A DNA stretch of 64,000 bases from Spirochaetota bacterium (GTDB lineage Bacteria > Spirochaetota > Spirochaetia > DTKZ01), in NCBI GenBank assembly GCA_026418195.1, contig JAOABU010000116.1:2977-66976 (forward strand), written 5' to 3'. Numbering within the stretch: position 1 is the stretch's first letter; each line of letters opens with the position of its first letter. The notes below the pieces were generated by a model. That model did not search any database and was not told the DNA's origin. It saw only the letters and a list, made by a program, of their open reading frames with translations. A program made the translations under genes and the position numbers. Positions 29,047-37,637 of the stretch are shown here, in pieces.

Positions 29047-29787
29047 ATGAAATGTGTACTTCTTGTGGCGGGGTTTGCTACTCGCCTGTATCCTTTGACC
29101 CTCCATACTCCCAAACCTCTTCTGGAGGTAGGAGGCAAGACGATCCTGGACAGGTTGATAGAAAAATTAGAGGAAATTCCTTCACTCGACGAGGTAATCC
29201 TAGTAAGTAATGGGAAGTTCTTTTCTACTTTTATTCAATGGGCATCGAAGTGTACCTTCTCTAAAAAGCTCACAGTTCTGAACGATGGTGCCCTGGATAA
29301 TGAACATCGGTTGGGGGCGGTAGCGGATCTGGAGTTTGCGGTTCGAAAAAAGAACATGATAGAGGATACTTTGGTATTGGCAGGTGACAATCTGTTCGAT
29401 TTCTCCTTAAAGGCCTTTGTAGATTTTTTTTATACCAAGGGAGCAGATTGCATCACTGCCCACCGGGTAGAAGATCCAGAGCAACTTAGGCGAACGGGTG
29501 TAATCATCGTAAACTCTGAAAGCAGGGTGCTGGAGTTCGAGGAGAAACCGAAACATCCGAAAAGTAACTTAGCGGTTCCTCCCATCTATCTGTACCGCTC
29601 AGATACTCTGCCCCTGTTAAAAATCTACCTGGAAGAGGGAAACAACCCAGATGCACCAGGGAACTTCATACCTTGGCTTCTCCGACGGAAAGAAGTGTAC
29701 GCATACCTGTTCCCAGGCAAGCGGTACGACATTGGCACACCTGAGAGCCTCAAAGAGGTCCGTCGTGTGTATGAGCCCCACACGTAA
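29047..29787 (+). CDS. sugar-1-phosphate nucleotidyltransferase (short NTP-transferase family)
   Basis: 246 aa. N-terminal LLVAGFATRLYPLTLHTPKPLLEVGGKTILD matches the G-x-G-T-R-L nucleotidyltransferase motif. It lies 20 nt after the kinase. Confidence 0.75.
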   Translation: MKCVLLVAGFATRLYPLTLHTPKPLLEVGGKTILDRLIEKLEEIPSLDEVILVSNGKFFSTFIQWASKCTFSKKLTVLNDGALDNEHRLGAVADLEFAVRKKNMIEDTLVLAGDNLFDFSLKAFVDFFYTKGADCITAHRVEDPEQLRRTGVIIVNSESRVLEFEEKPKHPKSNLAVPPIYLYRSDTLPLLKIYLEEGNNPDAPGNFIPWLLRRKEVYAYLFPGKRYDIGTPESLKEVRRVYEPHT

Positions 29788-29831
29788 GGAATTGACAGGA
29801 GATAGGAAAATGGATAGTGTATGGGAAGTGT

Positions 29832-29905
29832 GGGCGACTAGCTCAGTTGGATAGAGTACAAGCCTCCGGAGCTTGGGGTCGTGGGTTCGAATCCCGCGTC
29901 GCCCA
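29832..29905 (+). tRNA. tRNA-Arg (anticodon CCG)
   Basis: Manual fold: acceptor GGGCGAC/GTCGCCC; D-arm GCTC-AGTTGGATA-GAGT; anticodon stem CAAGC/GCTTG with loop CTCCGGA (anticodon CCG); T-arm GTGGG-TTCGAAT-CCCGC; discriminator A. No encoded CCA. Confidence 0.85.
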
Positions 29906-29908
29906 TCC

Positions 29909-30265
29909 TTATTCCAAGGAAAGGTACCTTACAACCTTTTGAACCCTCCGCTCAATCAAATAGTACAGGGCTTGAGGGTATTCCTTCTTTTTGATCAGTT
30001 CCTTGAACTTAGCGAGCACCCCTGCTGAAAGCGCCTCGAGGGATTCATACTCTTCCGTGGAGAAGGTATCTAGGAACTTGAAAAGCGATCGGAGGGCTGC
30101 TATTTCAGCCTGGATGAGGCTAGAGTTTTCCTGTAACACATAGTTGGTTATTTCATGTTTCTGTTCATAACAGCGATAGATTTCGAGGAGCGTATTTAGG
30201 TCTTCCTGTATTTCTTCCAACTCCATCTTGAGGATCGAAAGAAACTTATGGGCTTTTGTTTTCAT
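29909..30265 (-). CDS. hypothetical small helical protein
   Basis: 118-aa ORF with amphipathic-helix / coiled-coil composition. No recognisable motif. Coding status uncertain. Confidence 0.35.
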   Translation of the reverse strand: MKTKAHKFLSILKMELEEIQEDLNTLLEIYRCYEQKHEITNYVLQENSSLIQAEIAALRSLFKFLDTFSTEEYESLEALSAGVLAKFKELIKKKEYPQALYYLIERRVQKVVRYLSLE

Positions 30266-30350
30266 GGGGACCTCCTTCTACACCCCTCATGGTGAATCCA
30301 TTTCTTTTTAATTGTACGCTCAGATAATCCGTTTTACAACGTTTTTCTGT

Positions 30351-30379
30351 TTGCATTTTTCAAATAAGTGAAGTATATT
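30351..30379 (+). promoter_or_regulatory. strong sigma70-like promoter driving the short leader/sRNA unit
   Basis: TTGCAT (30351..30356), a 17-nt spacer, then TATATT (30374..30379). Confidence 0.45.
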
Positions 30380-30385
30380 TTTAAA

Positions 30386-30575
30386 AGGGAAGGAGGTCTG
30401 AATGACTACTCCACCGAAGGGGAAAGGCCGGTGAGGAGCCGGCATTCGGAAGACATAGACTGGTATATTGCAGCGTGCCTTTTTAGGCACAGATTAGATG
30501 TGTGTGAGGTCACGAAGAGTAAGACACCTCTTCGGACTTCTAAAAGCCGGAAGTGAGTTCCGGCTTTTTCTTTTT
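30386..30575 (+). ncRNA. candidate ~190-nt leader RNA / sRNA containing a 10-codon ORF (MTTPPKGKGR) and ending in an intrinsic terminator
   Basis: RBS AGGAGG (30391..30396), ATG 30402, stop TGA 30432..30434 inside hairpin GCCGG-TGAGGAG-CCGGC. Further hairpins: GTGCC-TTTTTA-GGCAC (30475..30490), and GAGGT...ACCTC (30506..30530) competing with GAAGAG...CTCTTC (30514..30533). Terminator: AGCCGGAA-GTGAG-TTCCGGCT + TTTTTCTTTTT (30544..30575). Confidence 0.3.
30544..30575 (+). terminator. rho-independent terminator
   Basis: 8-bp GC-rich stem AGCCGGAA/TTCCGGCT, 5-nt loop, followed by an 11-nt T-tract. Confidence 0.6.
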
Positions 30576-30595
30576 AAGAACAACGGTTGCGAGTT

Positions 30596-30611
30596 GATAC
30601 AGTACTGTATC
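30596..30611. promoter_or_regulatory. perfect 16-bp palindrome GATACAGTACTGTATC upstream of parE
   Basis: Exact inverted repeat (GATACAGT|ACTGTATC) 77 nt upstream of the parE ATG, between the terminator and a TTGCAT hexamer at 30628. Confidence 0.35.
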
Positions 30612-30687
30612 CCTGGTGTTCGATCTTTGCATTCCGCAAAAAAAGTGGTAAGGTTGAGTATCGAAGCATACGTTTGGGAGGGGAACG

Positions 30688-32490
30688 ATGCCGATACAAG
30701 AAGCTCCTGTATACGATGAAAGTAAAATCATTACTCTTAGTTCCTTAGAACATATCCGTCTCCGCACGGGGATGTATATTGGCCGGTTAGGAGATGGAAG
30801 CAGCTTCGATGATGGAATCTATATCCTTCTGAAGGAAGTAATCGACAACAGTGTAGATGAGTTCATCATGGGGTACGGCACGAGGATTGAGGTGACTCAG
30901 GAGGGCACTCGGATTCGGGTTCGGGATTATGGACGAGGGATTCCTCTCGGAAAGTTGTTAGAGTGTGTGTCGGTTATCAATACCGGGGCTAAGTACAACG
31001 ATGATGTGTTTCAGTTCAGCGTGGGGTTGAACGGTGTAGGTACGAAGGCGGTCAACGCCCTTTCTGTGTTCTTCCGGGTGGTATCCTACCGGGATGGGCA
31101 ATGGGCTGAAGTTCGTTTTTCTAAAGGTAAACTCCTGCACCAGGAATCGGGAAAACGTTCAAAAGAGAAGAATGGGACCTTAGTTGAGTTCGAACCCGAT
31201 CCCGAGCTATTTGGCGAGTATGTATTCAACCAGGAATTTATAGAAAAGCGACTATGGACATATGCCTATCTGAACAAGGGCTTAACTCTCACGTACAATG
31301 GAAAGGAGTTCCATTCGGAGCGGGGGCTAGAGGATCTCCTAGCTTCTGAGATCGGGAATAATAGGCTGTACGATCCTATCTATGGTTCCGGGAGCTCGCT
31401 GGAGTTTGCCTTTACCCATACGGAGAACTATGGGGAAACGTACTTTTCCTTTGTCAATGGACAACACACTGTAGATGGGGGAACTCATCTTTCTGCTTTT
31501 CGGGAAGGTGTGTTGAAAGGGATTTGCGAATACTTTCAAAAGAGCTTCAATGGATCGGATGTACGAGAAGGGTTTGTAGGGGCTATTGCCATCAAGCTTA
31601 AGAATCCTATTTTCGAAAGCCAAACAAAGAACAAGTTGGGGAATACAGAGATTAGGCCCTGGATCGTAGGGGAGGTGAAGTCTGCTATCGTGGACGCCCT
31701 TCATAGGAACAAGAAGCTGGCAAAAGTGTTGGAGGGGAAGATTCTTCAGAATGAAGCCCTACGGAAAGAACTCACCCTCGTTCAAAAAGAGGCAAAGGAG
31801 GCGGCGAAAAAAATAGCTCTCAAGATCCCCAACCTGAAGGACTGTAAGTATCACAGGGGGGAGGACGGGGAGGAAGGTGAAAAATCCATGATCTTTCTCA
31901 CCGAGGGGCAATCTGCATCTGGTTCGATGGTTTCTGCTCGAGACGTGTACCATCAGGCGATCTTTTCCCTACGGGGCAAACCTCAGAACATGTACGGTCG
32001 CAGGCGGACGGCGATCTATCAGAATGAAGAACTCTATAACCTGATGACCGCATTAGGAATCGAACATTCAGTGGAAGATCTTCGGTATGGAAAGGTGATT
32101 CTAGCTACCGATGCAGACCACGATGGGTACCATATCCGAAACCTGCTCCTCACCTTTTTCTTGAACTATTTCGAGGAATTGGTTCTTGCAGGGAGGTTGT
32201 TCATCCTGGAGACACCGCTGTTTCGAGTACGGAACAAACAGGAAACCCGGTACTGTTATTCTATTCGGGAACGAGACCAGGCGATGAAGGAACTTTCAGG
32301 GTGCGAGGTGACCCGATTCAAAGGATTAGGAGAAATCTCTCCCAAGGAGTTTGGTCAATTCATTGGCCCCAACATGCGATTGGTGGAGGTGAACGTAAAA
32401 TCCGTGAAAACCATCCCTGATACACTGGAGTTCTACATGGGGAAGAACACCCCCGAACGAAGGGATTTCATCATGGAGAACCTGATCTAG
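30688..32490 (+). CDS. parE: DNA topoisomerase IV subunit B (type IIA topoisomerase ATPase subunit, short ParE-type)
   Basis: 600 aa. GHKL ATPase, transducer and TOPRIM domains (EGQSASGS, LATDADHDGYHI). The length and pairing with a short A subunit fit ParE rather than GyrB. Confidence 0.8.
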   Translation: MPIQEAPVYDESKIITLSSLEHIRLRTGMYIGRLGDGSSFDDGIYILLKEVIDNSVDEFIMGYGTRIEVTQEGTRIRVRDYGRGIPLGKLLECVSVINTGAKYNDDVFQFSVGLNGVGTKAVNALSVFFRVVSYRDGQWAEVRFSKGKLLHQESGKRSKEKNGTLVEFEPDPELFGEYVFNQEFIEKRLWTYAYLNKGLTLTYNGKEFHSERGLEDLLASEIGNNRLYDPIYGSGSSLEFAFTHTENYGETYFSFVNGQHTVDGGTHLSAFREGVLKGICEYFQKSFNGSDVREGFVGAIAIKLKNPIFESQTKNKLGNTEIRPWIVGEVKSAIVDALHRNKKLAKVLEGKILQNEALRKELTLVQKEAKEAAKKIALKIPNLKDCKYHRGEDGEEGEKSMIFLTEGQSASGSMVSARDVYHQAIFSLRGKPQNMYGRRRTAIYQNEELYNLMTALGIEHSVEDLRYGKVILATDADHDGYHIRNLLLTFFLNYFEELVLAGRLFILETPLFRVRNKQETRYCYSIRERDQAMKELSGCEVTRFKGLGEISPKEFGQFIGPNMRLVEVNVKSVKTIPDTLEFYMGKNTPERRDFIMENLI

Positions 32491-32491
32491 T

Positions 32492-34447
32492 ATGACCTAT
32501 ATCACCAACCTCTACCAAACGAACTTCCTCGAGTATGCATCCTATGTAATCAAGGATCGAGCCATCCCCCATCTAGATGATGGGTTAAAACCGGTTCAAC
32601 GTCGAATCCTTCATTCCTTATTTGAAATGGATGATGGAAAGTTCCACAAAGTGGCCAATGTAGTAGGCCACTGCATGAAATACCATCCCCATGGGGATGC
32701 ATCCATCTATGAAGCCTTGGTGAATCTGGCCAATAAGGAACTCTTCATCGAAAAGCAGGGGAACTTTGGGAATATCTTTACCGGAGATGCTCCTTCGGCT
32801 GCCCGGTATATCGAATGCCGGGTTTTGCCTTTAGCAAAAGAGATCCTCTACAACCCGGAACTGACCCAGTACGAAGATAGTTATGATGGTCGAAACAAGG
32901 AACCCGTTACCTTTCCTGCGAAGATACCCTTGGTCCTTTTACTAGGCGCAGAGGGGATTGCCGTGGGAATGTCCACCCGGATCCTCCCGCACAATCCCGT
33001 TGAGGTGATGGAAGCGATGAAAGCCCGCTTAAAGGGGAAGAAGGCAACGGTGTACCCCGATTTTCCCACCGGTGGGATCCTGGATGTCACGGATTACCAG
33101 GATGGAAATGGAAAAGTTCGAGTCCGGGCAAAACTTGATACCAGCGATCCTAAACGGATCGTAATTCGGGAACTTCCCTATGGCTGTACTACCGAGAGCA
33201 TGATAGCTTCCATCGAAGCAGCTGCTCGGAAAGGGGTATTGAAGATTGCAAGTATCAACGATTTTACCACCGAAGAGGTAGAGATCGAGATTAAACTTGC
33301 TCGAGGTACCTATTCCAAGGATGTTGTGGACTCTCTTTTTGCGTTTACTGACTGCGAGGTCTCCATTCCTGTGAATCTCTTGGTGATCAAGGATAAGACC
33401 CCTGTACAGATGACAGTAGGTGAGGTGATCGATTATCACACTAAACGTCTTACGGAAATCCTCAAACAGGAACTCCTCCTGGAACAGAACACCTTACTGG
33501 ATCGACTCCATATTCGTACCCTGGAACAGATCTTTGTGGAGGAACGGATTTATAAAAAAATCGAGGAGAAACGAACAGCGGAAACAGTGGTAAAAGCGGT
33601 AATCGATGGATTCAAACCTTTTTCTACCCAGCTTCTTCGTCCTGTTACCGAAGAAGACGTGGAAAAACTTCTAAAAATTCCCATTCGGAGGATCTCTCTT
33701 TACGATATTCAGAAGAATAAAAAAGAGATGGAGGAGATCAAGGGAAGGTTGAAGGAGATTAAGCATCACCTCGCTCATCTAGTGGATTATGCGGTGGCCT
33801 TCTTGGATGGAATCATTGAGAAATATGGGAAACGCTTCCCTCGTCGGACGATGATCAAGAGCTTCAAGAAGGTGGATGCCCGAGAAGTGGCCGTCAAGAA
33901 CCTGAAACTCCGTTACGATGAGGAATCAGGGTATCTAGGGTATGGAATTACCACTGGAACTGTTCTGTTTGAAGTTTCGCCCTTCGATCGGATCCTTATT
34001 GTGCGGGGTTCGGGGGTTTTCTCTGTACAGAATGTACCTGAAAAGCTATTCGTGGACAAACATCTCCTCTACTGTGGGGAAGCAGACAAGGAGCGATTGT
34101 CCCAAAAAGTATTTTCTGTTTTATATCGGATGAAGGATTCCGGTCAGGCATATCTCAAACGCTTTCGTATCGGAGGATATATTCTTGACAAAGCATACGA
34201 AGCAGTACCTCCGGAAGGGGAAGCCTTACATCTAACAACCAAGGAAGATGCCTATATCTACGTGAAGTATGAAAAAACAGCAAGATCCAAGGTTGAAGAA
34301 GAAACTTTCCCCCTAAAAAAGTTCCCTGTCAAGAACGTACGTTCTGCAGGGAGAAGACTTTCTTCTAGAGCCATTATCACAGCCCGGTTTGTAAAAGGGG
34401 TAGCGAAGGGAAAGGAGAAACTAAAAGAATTAGAGGAAAAAACATAA
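32492..34447 (+). CDS. parC: DNA topoisomerase IV subunit A (short ParC-type)
   Basis: 651 aa. Type IIA subunit-A N-terminus (IKDRAIPHLDDGLKPVQRRIL, active-site Tyr region AARYIECRV) with a truncated C-terminal domain. It starts 1 nt after parE. Confidence 0.8.
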   Translation: MTYITNLYQTNFLEYASYVIKDRAIPHLDDGLKPVQRRILHSLFEMDDGKFHKVANVVGHCMKYHPHGDASIYEALVNLANKELFIEKQGNFGNIFTGDAPSAARYIECRVLPLAKEILYNPELTQYEDSYDGRNKEPVTFPAKIPLVLLLGAEGIAVGMSTRILPHNPVEVMEAMKARLKGKKATVYPDFPTGGILDVTDYQDGNGKVRVRAKLDTSDPKRIVIRELPYGCTTESMIASIEAAARKGVLKIASINDFTTEEVEIEIKLARGTYSKDVVDSLFAFTDCEVSIPVNLLVIKDKTPVQMTVGEVIDYHTKRLTEILKQELLLEQNTLLDRLHIRTLEQIFVEERIYKKIEEKRTAETVVKAVIDGFKPFSTQLLRPVTEEDVEKLLKIPIRRISLYDIQKNKKEMEEIKGRLKEIKHHLAHLVDYAVAFLDGIIEKYGKRFPRRTMIKSFKKVDAREVAVKNLKLRYDEESGYLGYGITTGTVLFEVSPFDRILIVRGSGVFSVQNVPEKLFVDKHLLYCGEADKERLSQKVFSVLYRMKDSGQAYLKRFRIGGYILDKAYEAVPPEGEALHLTTKEDAYIYVKYEKTARSKVEEETFPLKKFPVKNVRSAGRRLSSRAIITARFVKGVAKGKEKLKELEEKT

Positions 34448-34479
34448 TCCTTGCTAGTACTTAAAGTTATAAGTTTTCC

Positions 34480-34507
34480 TTGACAAAGCGGATAATACCT
34501 ATATAAT
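34480..34507 (+). promoter_or_regulatory. near-consensus sigma70 promoter for rny
   Basis: TTGACA (34480..34485), a 16-nt spacer, then TATAAT (34502..34507). RBS GGGAGG lies before the ATG at 34538. Confidence 0.5.
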
Positions 34508-34537
34508 TCACAAAAAAGGTAAAGTGGGAGGAATCCA

Positions 34538-36067
34538 ATGCCATACTGGTTACTGGTTCTCCTTCCTCTTACTGGTTTTGTTTTAGGTTGGATTGTTAGA
34601 TGGTTGTATGCCAGATTTCAACTTTCATCTTTGGAGCAAAAAGCTGAAAGAATCAAGCAGGATGCGATTAAAGAAGCAGAAGCTAAGAAAAAAGAGCTTA
34701 TCCTTGAAACGAGGGATCAGCTTCTTCGTGAAAGAACACAGCAGGAACGGGAAATTCGAGAGCGGAGGAATGAACTTCAACGGTTCGAACGCAGACTGCT
34801 TCAGCGAGAGGAGACCTTAGAGCGAAAGTTGGCTCAGGTAGACAAACAAGCCCAAACCTTACTAGCCCGTGAGAGGACATTAGCGGAGAAGGAAGAGTAT
34901 TTAGTACAGCAGGAAGAGCGATGGATCAAAGAACTGGAACGGGTTTCCGGTTTGAGTTCAGAAGACGCGAAACGTCTTATTATTTCGACCTTAGAGAATG
35001 AAGCCCGGCACGATGCACAGGTCATCCTGAACAAGATCGAACAGGAGATGAACCTAGCTGCGGAGAAAAAAGCACGGGAGATCCTCATCGCTACCATGCA
35101 ACGAATCGCTACGGATGTGACTTCTGAGGTTACGGTCACTACGGTGAGCCTTCCCAACGATGAAATGAAGGGACGAATCATCGGACGGGAGGGGAGAAAC
35201 ATTCGAACCTTAGAAACCCTCACGGGGGTAGACATCATCATCGATGATACCCCCGAAGCGGTAGTCATATCCTGTTTCGATCCAATTCGAAAAGAAATTG
35301 CTCGTCGAACATTGGAGAAACTCATTTCCGACGGACGGATCCACCCTGCGCGGATCGAAGAGATGGTTCAAAAAACGACCAAGGAAATAAACCAGATCAT
35401 TTACGAGGAAGGGGAGAAAGTGCTCTTTGAATTAGGGATCCATAACTTCCCTCCCGAAGGAATCCGTGCTCTGGGAAGGTTACATTTCCGAACCAGTTAC
35501 GGACAGAATGTACTGGCCCACTCTAAAGAAGTAGCCATTCTGGCTGGGATGCTGGCAGGCGAGTTGGGTGCGGATCGGGAGATTGCCAAACGAGGGGCTC
35601 TATTACACGATATTGGCAAAGGGGTGGAGAGTGAGGGGGATTCTACCCATGTGGAGTTGGGAATTGAACTAGCGAAGAAACTAGGAGAAGATCCTCGGGT
35701 GATCAACGCCATTGCTGCCCACCATGGAGATTCTGAGTTTAACTGCCTGGAAGCTGTAATTGTACAAATTGCCGATTCCATTTCTGCGGCTAGACCCGGC
35801 GCACGGCGGGAAACCCTCGATACCTATATCAAGCGATTAGAGAATTTGGAAAAGATTGCCAATGATTTCGAGGGAGTGGAGAAAGCGTACGCGATTCAAG
35901 CGGGCCGAGAGTTGAGAATCCTGGTAAATACGGACCGCGTTTCGGAAGAACAGACAAAGGAAACGGCCAAACAGATTGCCAAAAAGATCGAAGCCGATTT
36001 GCGGTATCCCGGCAGGATTAAAGTAACGGTGATACGGGAAACCCGAGTGGTGGAGTATGCCCGATAA
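34538..36067 (+). CDS. rny: ribonuclease Y
   Basis: 509 aa. N-terminal TM helix, coiled-coil, KH domain ([22 protein letters not shown]) and HD domain ([17 protein letters not shown]...LLHDIGK). Confidence 0.9.
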   Translation: MPYWLLVLLPLTGFVLGWIVRWLYARFQLSSLEQKAERIKQDAIKEAEAKKKELILETRDQLLRERTQQEREIRERRNELQRFERRLLQREETLERKLAQVDKQAQTLLARERTLAEKEEYLVQQEERWIKELERVSGLSSEDAKRLIISTLENEARHDAQVILNKIEQEMNLAAEKKAREILIATMQRIATDVTSEVTVTTVSLPNDEMKGRIIGREGRNIRTLETLTGVDIIIDDTPEAVVISCFDPIRKEIARRTLEKLISDGRIHPARIEEMVQKTTKEINQIIYEEGEKVLFELGIHNFPPEGIRALGRLHFRTSYGQNVLAHSKEVAILAGMLAGELGADREIAKRGALLHDIGKGVESEGDSTHVELGIELAKKLGEDPRVINAIAAHHGDSEFNCLEAVIVQIADSISAARPGARRETLDTYIKRLENLEKIANDFEGVEKAYAIQAGRELRILVNTDRVSEEQTKETAKQIAKKIEADLRYPGRIKVTVIRETRVVEYAR

Positions 36068-36854
36068 GACCTTACGGGCATTGATCTTGGGGGATGTGGT
36101 AGGACAAGCCGGTTGTAGGGCTCTGCTCCTTCTTCTACCAGGATTAGTGAAGGAATACAGTGCAGATCTCGTGGTGGTAAACGGCGAGAACGCTGCTTCG
36201 GGGTTTGGCATCCTTCCCGATATGGTGGAAAAGTTTCTTTCCGCAGGGGTTCATGTAATTACCTCGGGTAACCATATTTGGCAACAGAAGGAGGTAGTGC
36301 CTCTCTTGGATCAGGAAGACCGCCTCCTGCGACCTCTGAATTATCCCAAAGGAGTGCCTGGGCACGGGTCCTGCATCGTGGAAATCCGAGGAACAAAAGT
36401 GGCGGTGGTGAATTTACAGGGAAGGGTGAGGATGAACAATATCCTATGTCCTTTCCTTGTAGGGAAGGAAGCTGCCCGAAAGATGGAAAAGGAAACGAAA
36501 TTGATCCTTGTGGATTTCCATGCGGAGGATCCAGAGGAGAAAGAAGCTTTGGCTATGTATCTGGATGGGGAGGTAAGCGTCATCTTTGGGACTCACACCC
36601 ATGTACAAACCGCTGATGAAAGGATCCTGCACAAGGGAACGGCGTATATTACGGACATTGGAATGATTGGTACCGACGACAGCGTGATCGGTTTTAAAAC
36701 CTCCATTGCCTTGGAACGCTCCCTCACCCAACTTCCCATCAAAATGGAAGCAGAGGAAGGGCCTGCAGCGATCCATGGGATCGTAGTTAGTCTGGACGTA
36801 ACCTCGGGAAAAGCTCTCTCTATCCAACGGATCCGTACAGTCTCTCCTATCTAA
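36057..36854 (+). CDS. ymdB: YmdB-family metallophosphoesterase (2',3'-cyclic-nucleotide phosphodiesterase-like)
   Basis: 265 aa. N-terminal [15 protein letters not shown] and [17 protein letters not shown] motifs of TIGR00282. It is in the conserved rny-ymdB pair. Confidence 0.85.
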   Translation: MPDKTLRALILGDVVGQAGCRALLLLLPGLVKEYSADLVVVNGENAASGFGILPDMVEKFLSAGVHVITSGNHIWQQKEVVPLLDQEDRLLRPLNYPKGVPGHGSCIVEIRGTKVAVVNLQGRVRMNNILCPFLVGKEAARKMEKETKLILVDFHAEDPEEKEALAMYLDGEVSVIFGTHTHVQTADERILHKGTAYITDIGMIGTDDSVIGFKTSIALERSLTQLPIKMEAEEGPAAIHGIVVSLDVTSGKALSIQRIRTVSPI

Positions 36855-36857
36855 GTC

Positions 36858-37637
36858 ATGAAGAGGAAAGGCCGTAGAATTCTCGATCTATTGCTGGATA
36901 GGTACCCCCAATGGAATCGGGAACAGTGTCTCGCCCTCATCCTGTGTGGAGAGGTAGTTGTCCAGGGGGAAACGGTAAGGGATCCTGCGAAGATCGTTTT
37001 CCCAGATGCAAAGGTGGAGGTCCATCCGTTTCGTTATGTATCGCGAGGAGGGATCAAATTAGAACATGCTTTGAAAGTCTGGAATATCCCGGTAACTGGA
37101 AAGGTGGTATTAGATGCAGGAGCATCTACAGGCGGGTTCACCGATTGCCTGCTTCAGTTTGGGGCTGCCCATGTCTATGCCATTGATGTGGGATACAATC
37201 AGATACATCCAAAATTCAGGAAAGACCCCCGGGTTACCGTAATGGAGGGAACTAATATCCTGGATATCCAAGTTCTTGCCCCTCCTCCGCATGGTTCGGT
37301 ATGCGATCTTTCTTTCCGATCCCTCCGGGGTGTTGCTTCTCATATTCTTTCCCTTACCCTGGAGAACTGGCTAGTGGCACTGGTAAAACCCCAATTCGAA
37401 GGTGGAGTAGCCCTTCCAGGCTTTAGAGGTGTGGTTCGTTCAGAAGAGGCACTTACGCGAATCCTCGAATCGCTTCAAGAAGATTTGCAGCAAGAGGGTA
37501 TTCAGACGAGGGAGATCCTTGAATCTCCCATTCGAGGAAGGGGAGGGAACCGAGAGTTTTTCTTTTATCTTGTCCGTGAATTGAAAGATTCACGGGACAA
37601 CGGTTTCCCGATGTACACACCTTCGGGACTCAAGTAA
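36858..37637 (+). CDS. tlyA: TlyA-family rRNA 2'-O-methyltransferase (hemolysin A-like; S4 + FtsJ domains)
   Basis: 259 aa. S4 RNA-binding N-terminus and FtsJ-type SAM motif LDAGASTGGFTDCLL. Confidence 0.85.
   Translation: MKRKGRRILDLLLDRYPQWNREQCLALILCGEVVVQGETVRDPAKIVFPDAKVEVHPFRYVSRGGIKLEHALKVWNIPVTGKVVLDAGASTGGFTDCLLQFGAAHVYAIDVGYNQIHPKFRKDPRVTVMEGTNILDIQVLAPPPHGSVCDLSFRSLRGVASHILSLTLENWLVALVKPQFEGGVALPGFRGVVRSEEALTRILESLQEDLQQEGIQTREILESPIRGRGGNREFFFYLVRELKDSRDNGFPMYTPSGLK

Noticed and set aside
29832-29905. tRNA-Arg as a possible integration hotspot for a genomic island
   Set aside because: No integrase, no direct repeat of the tRNA 3' end, and no compositional break nearby. Flanking genes are housekeeping (NTP-transferase, parE).
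30386-30575. Tried to match the structured RNA to SRP RNA, 6S RNA or tmRNA
   Set aside because: The conserved SRP domain-IV motif (GGAA tetraloop with AGCAGCC/GGCAG symmetric loop) is absent. It is too short for tmRNA or RNase P, and there is no obvious 6S central bubble. It is left as an unclassified candidate.
34834-35325. 163-aa antisense ORF inside rny (and similar long antisense ORFs at 54086..54571 in the coiled-coil gene, 12739..13023 in kamA, and 3689..4090 in tsf)
   Set aside because: These are shadow ORFs opposite strongly supported genes. Their low-complexity Ser/Arg-rich translations are typical of antisense frames of Glu/Lys-rich coding sequence.
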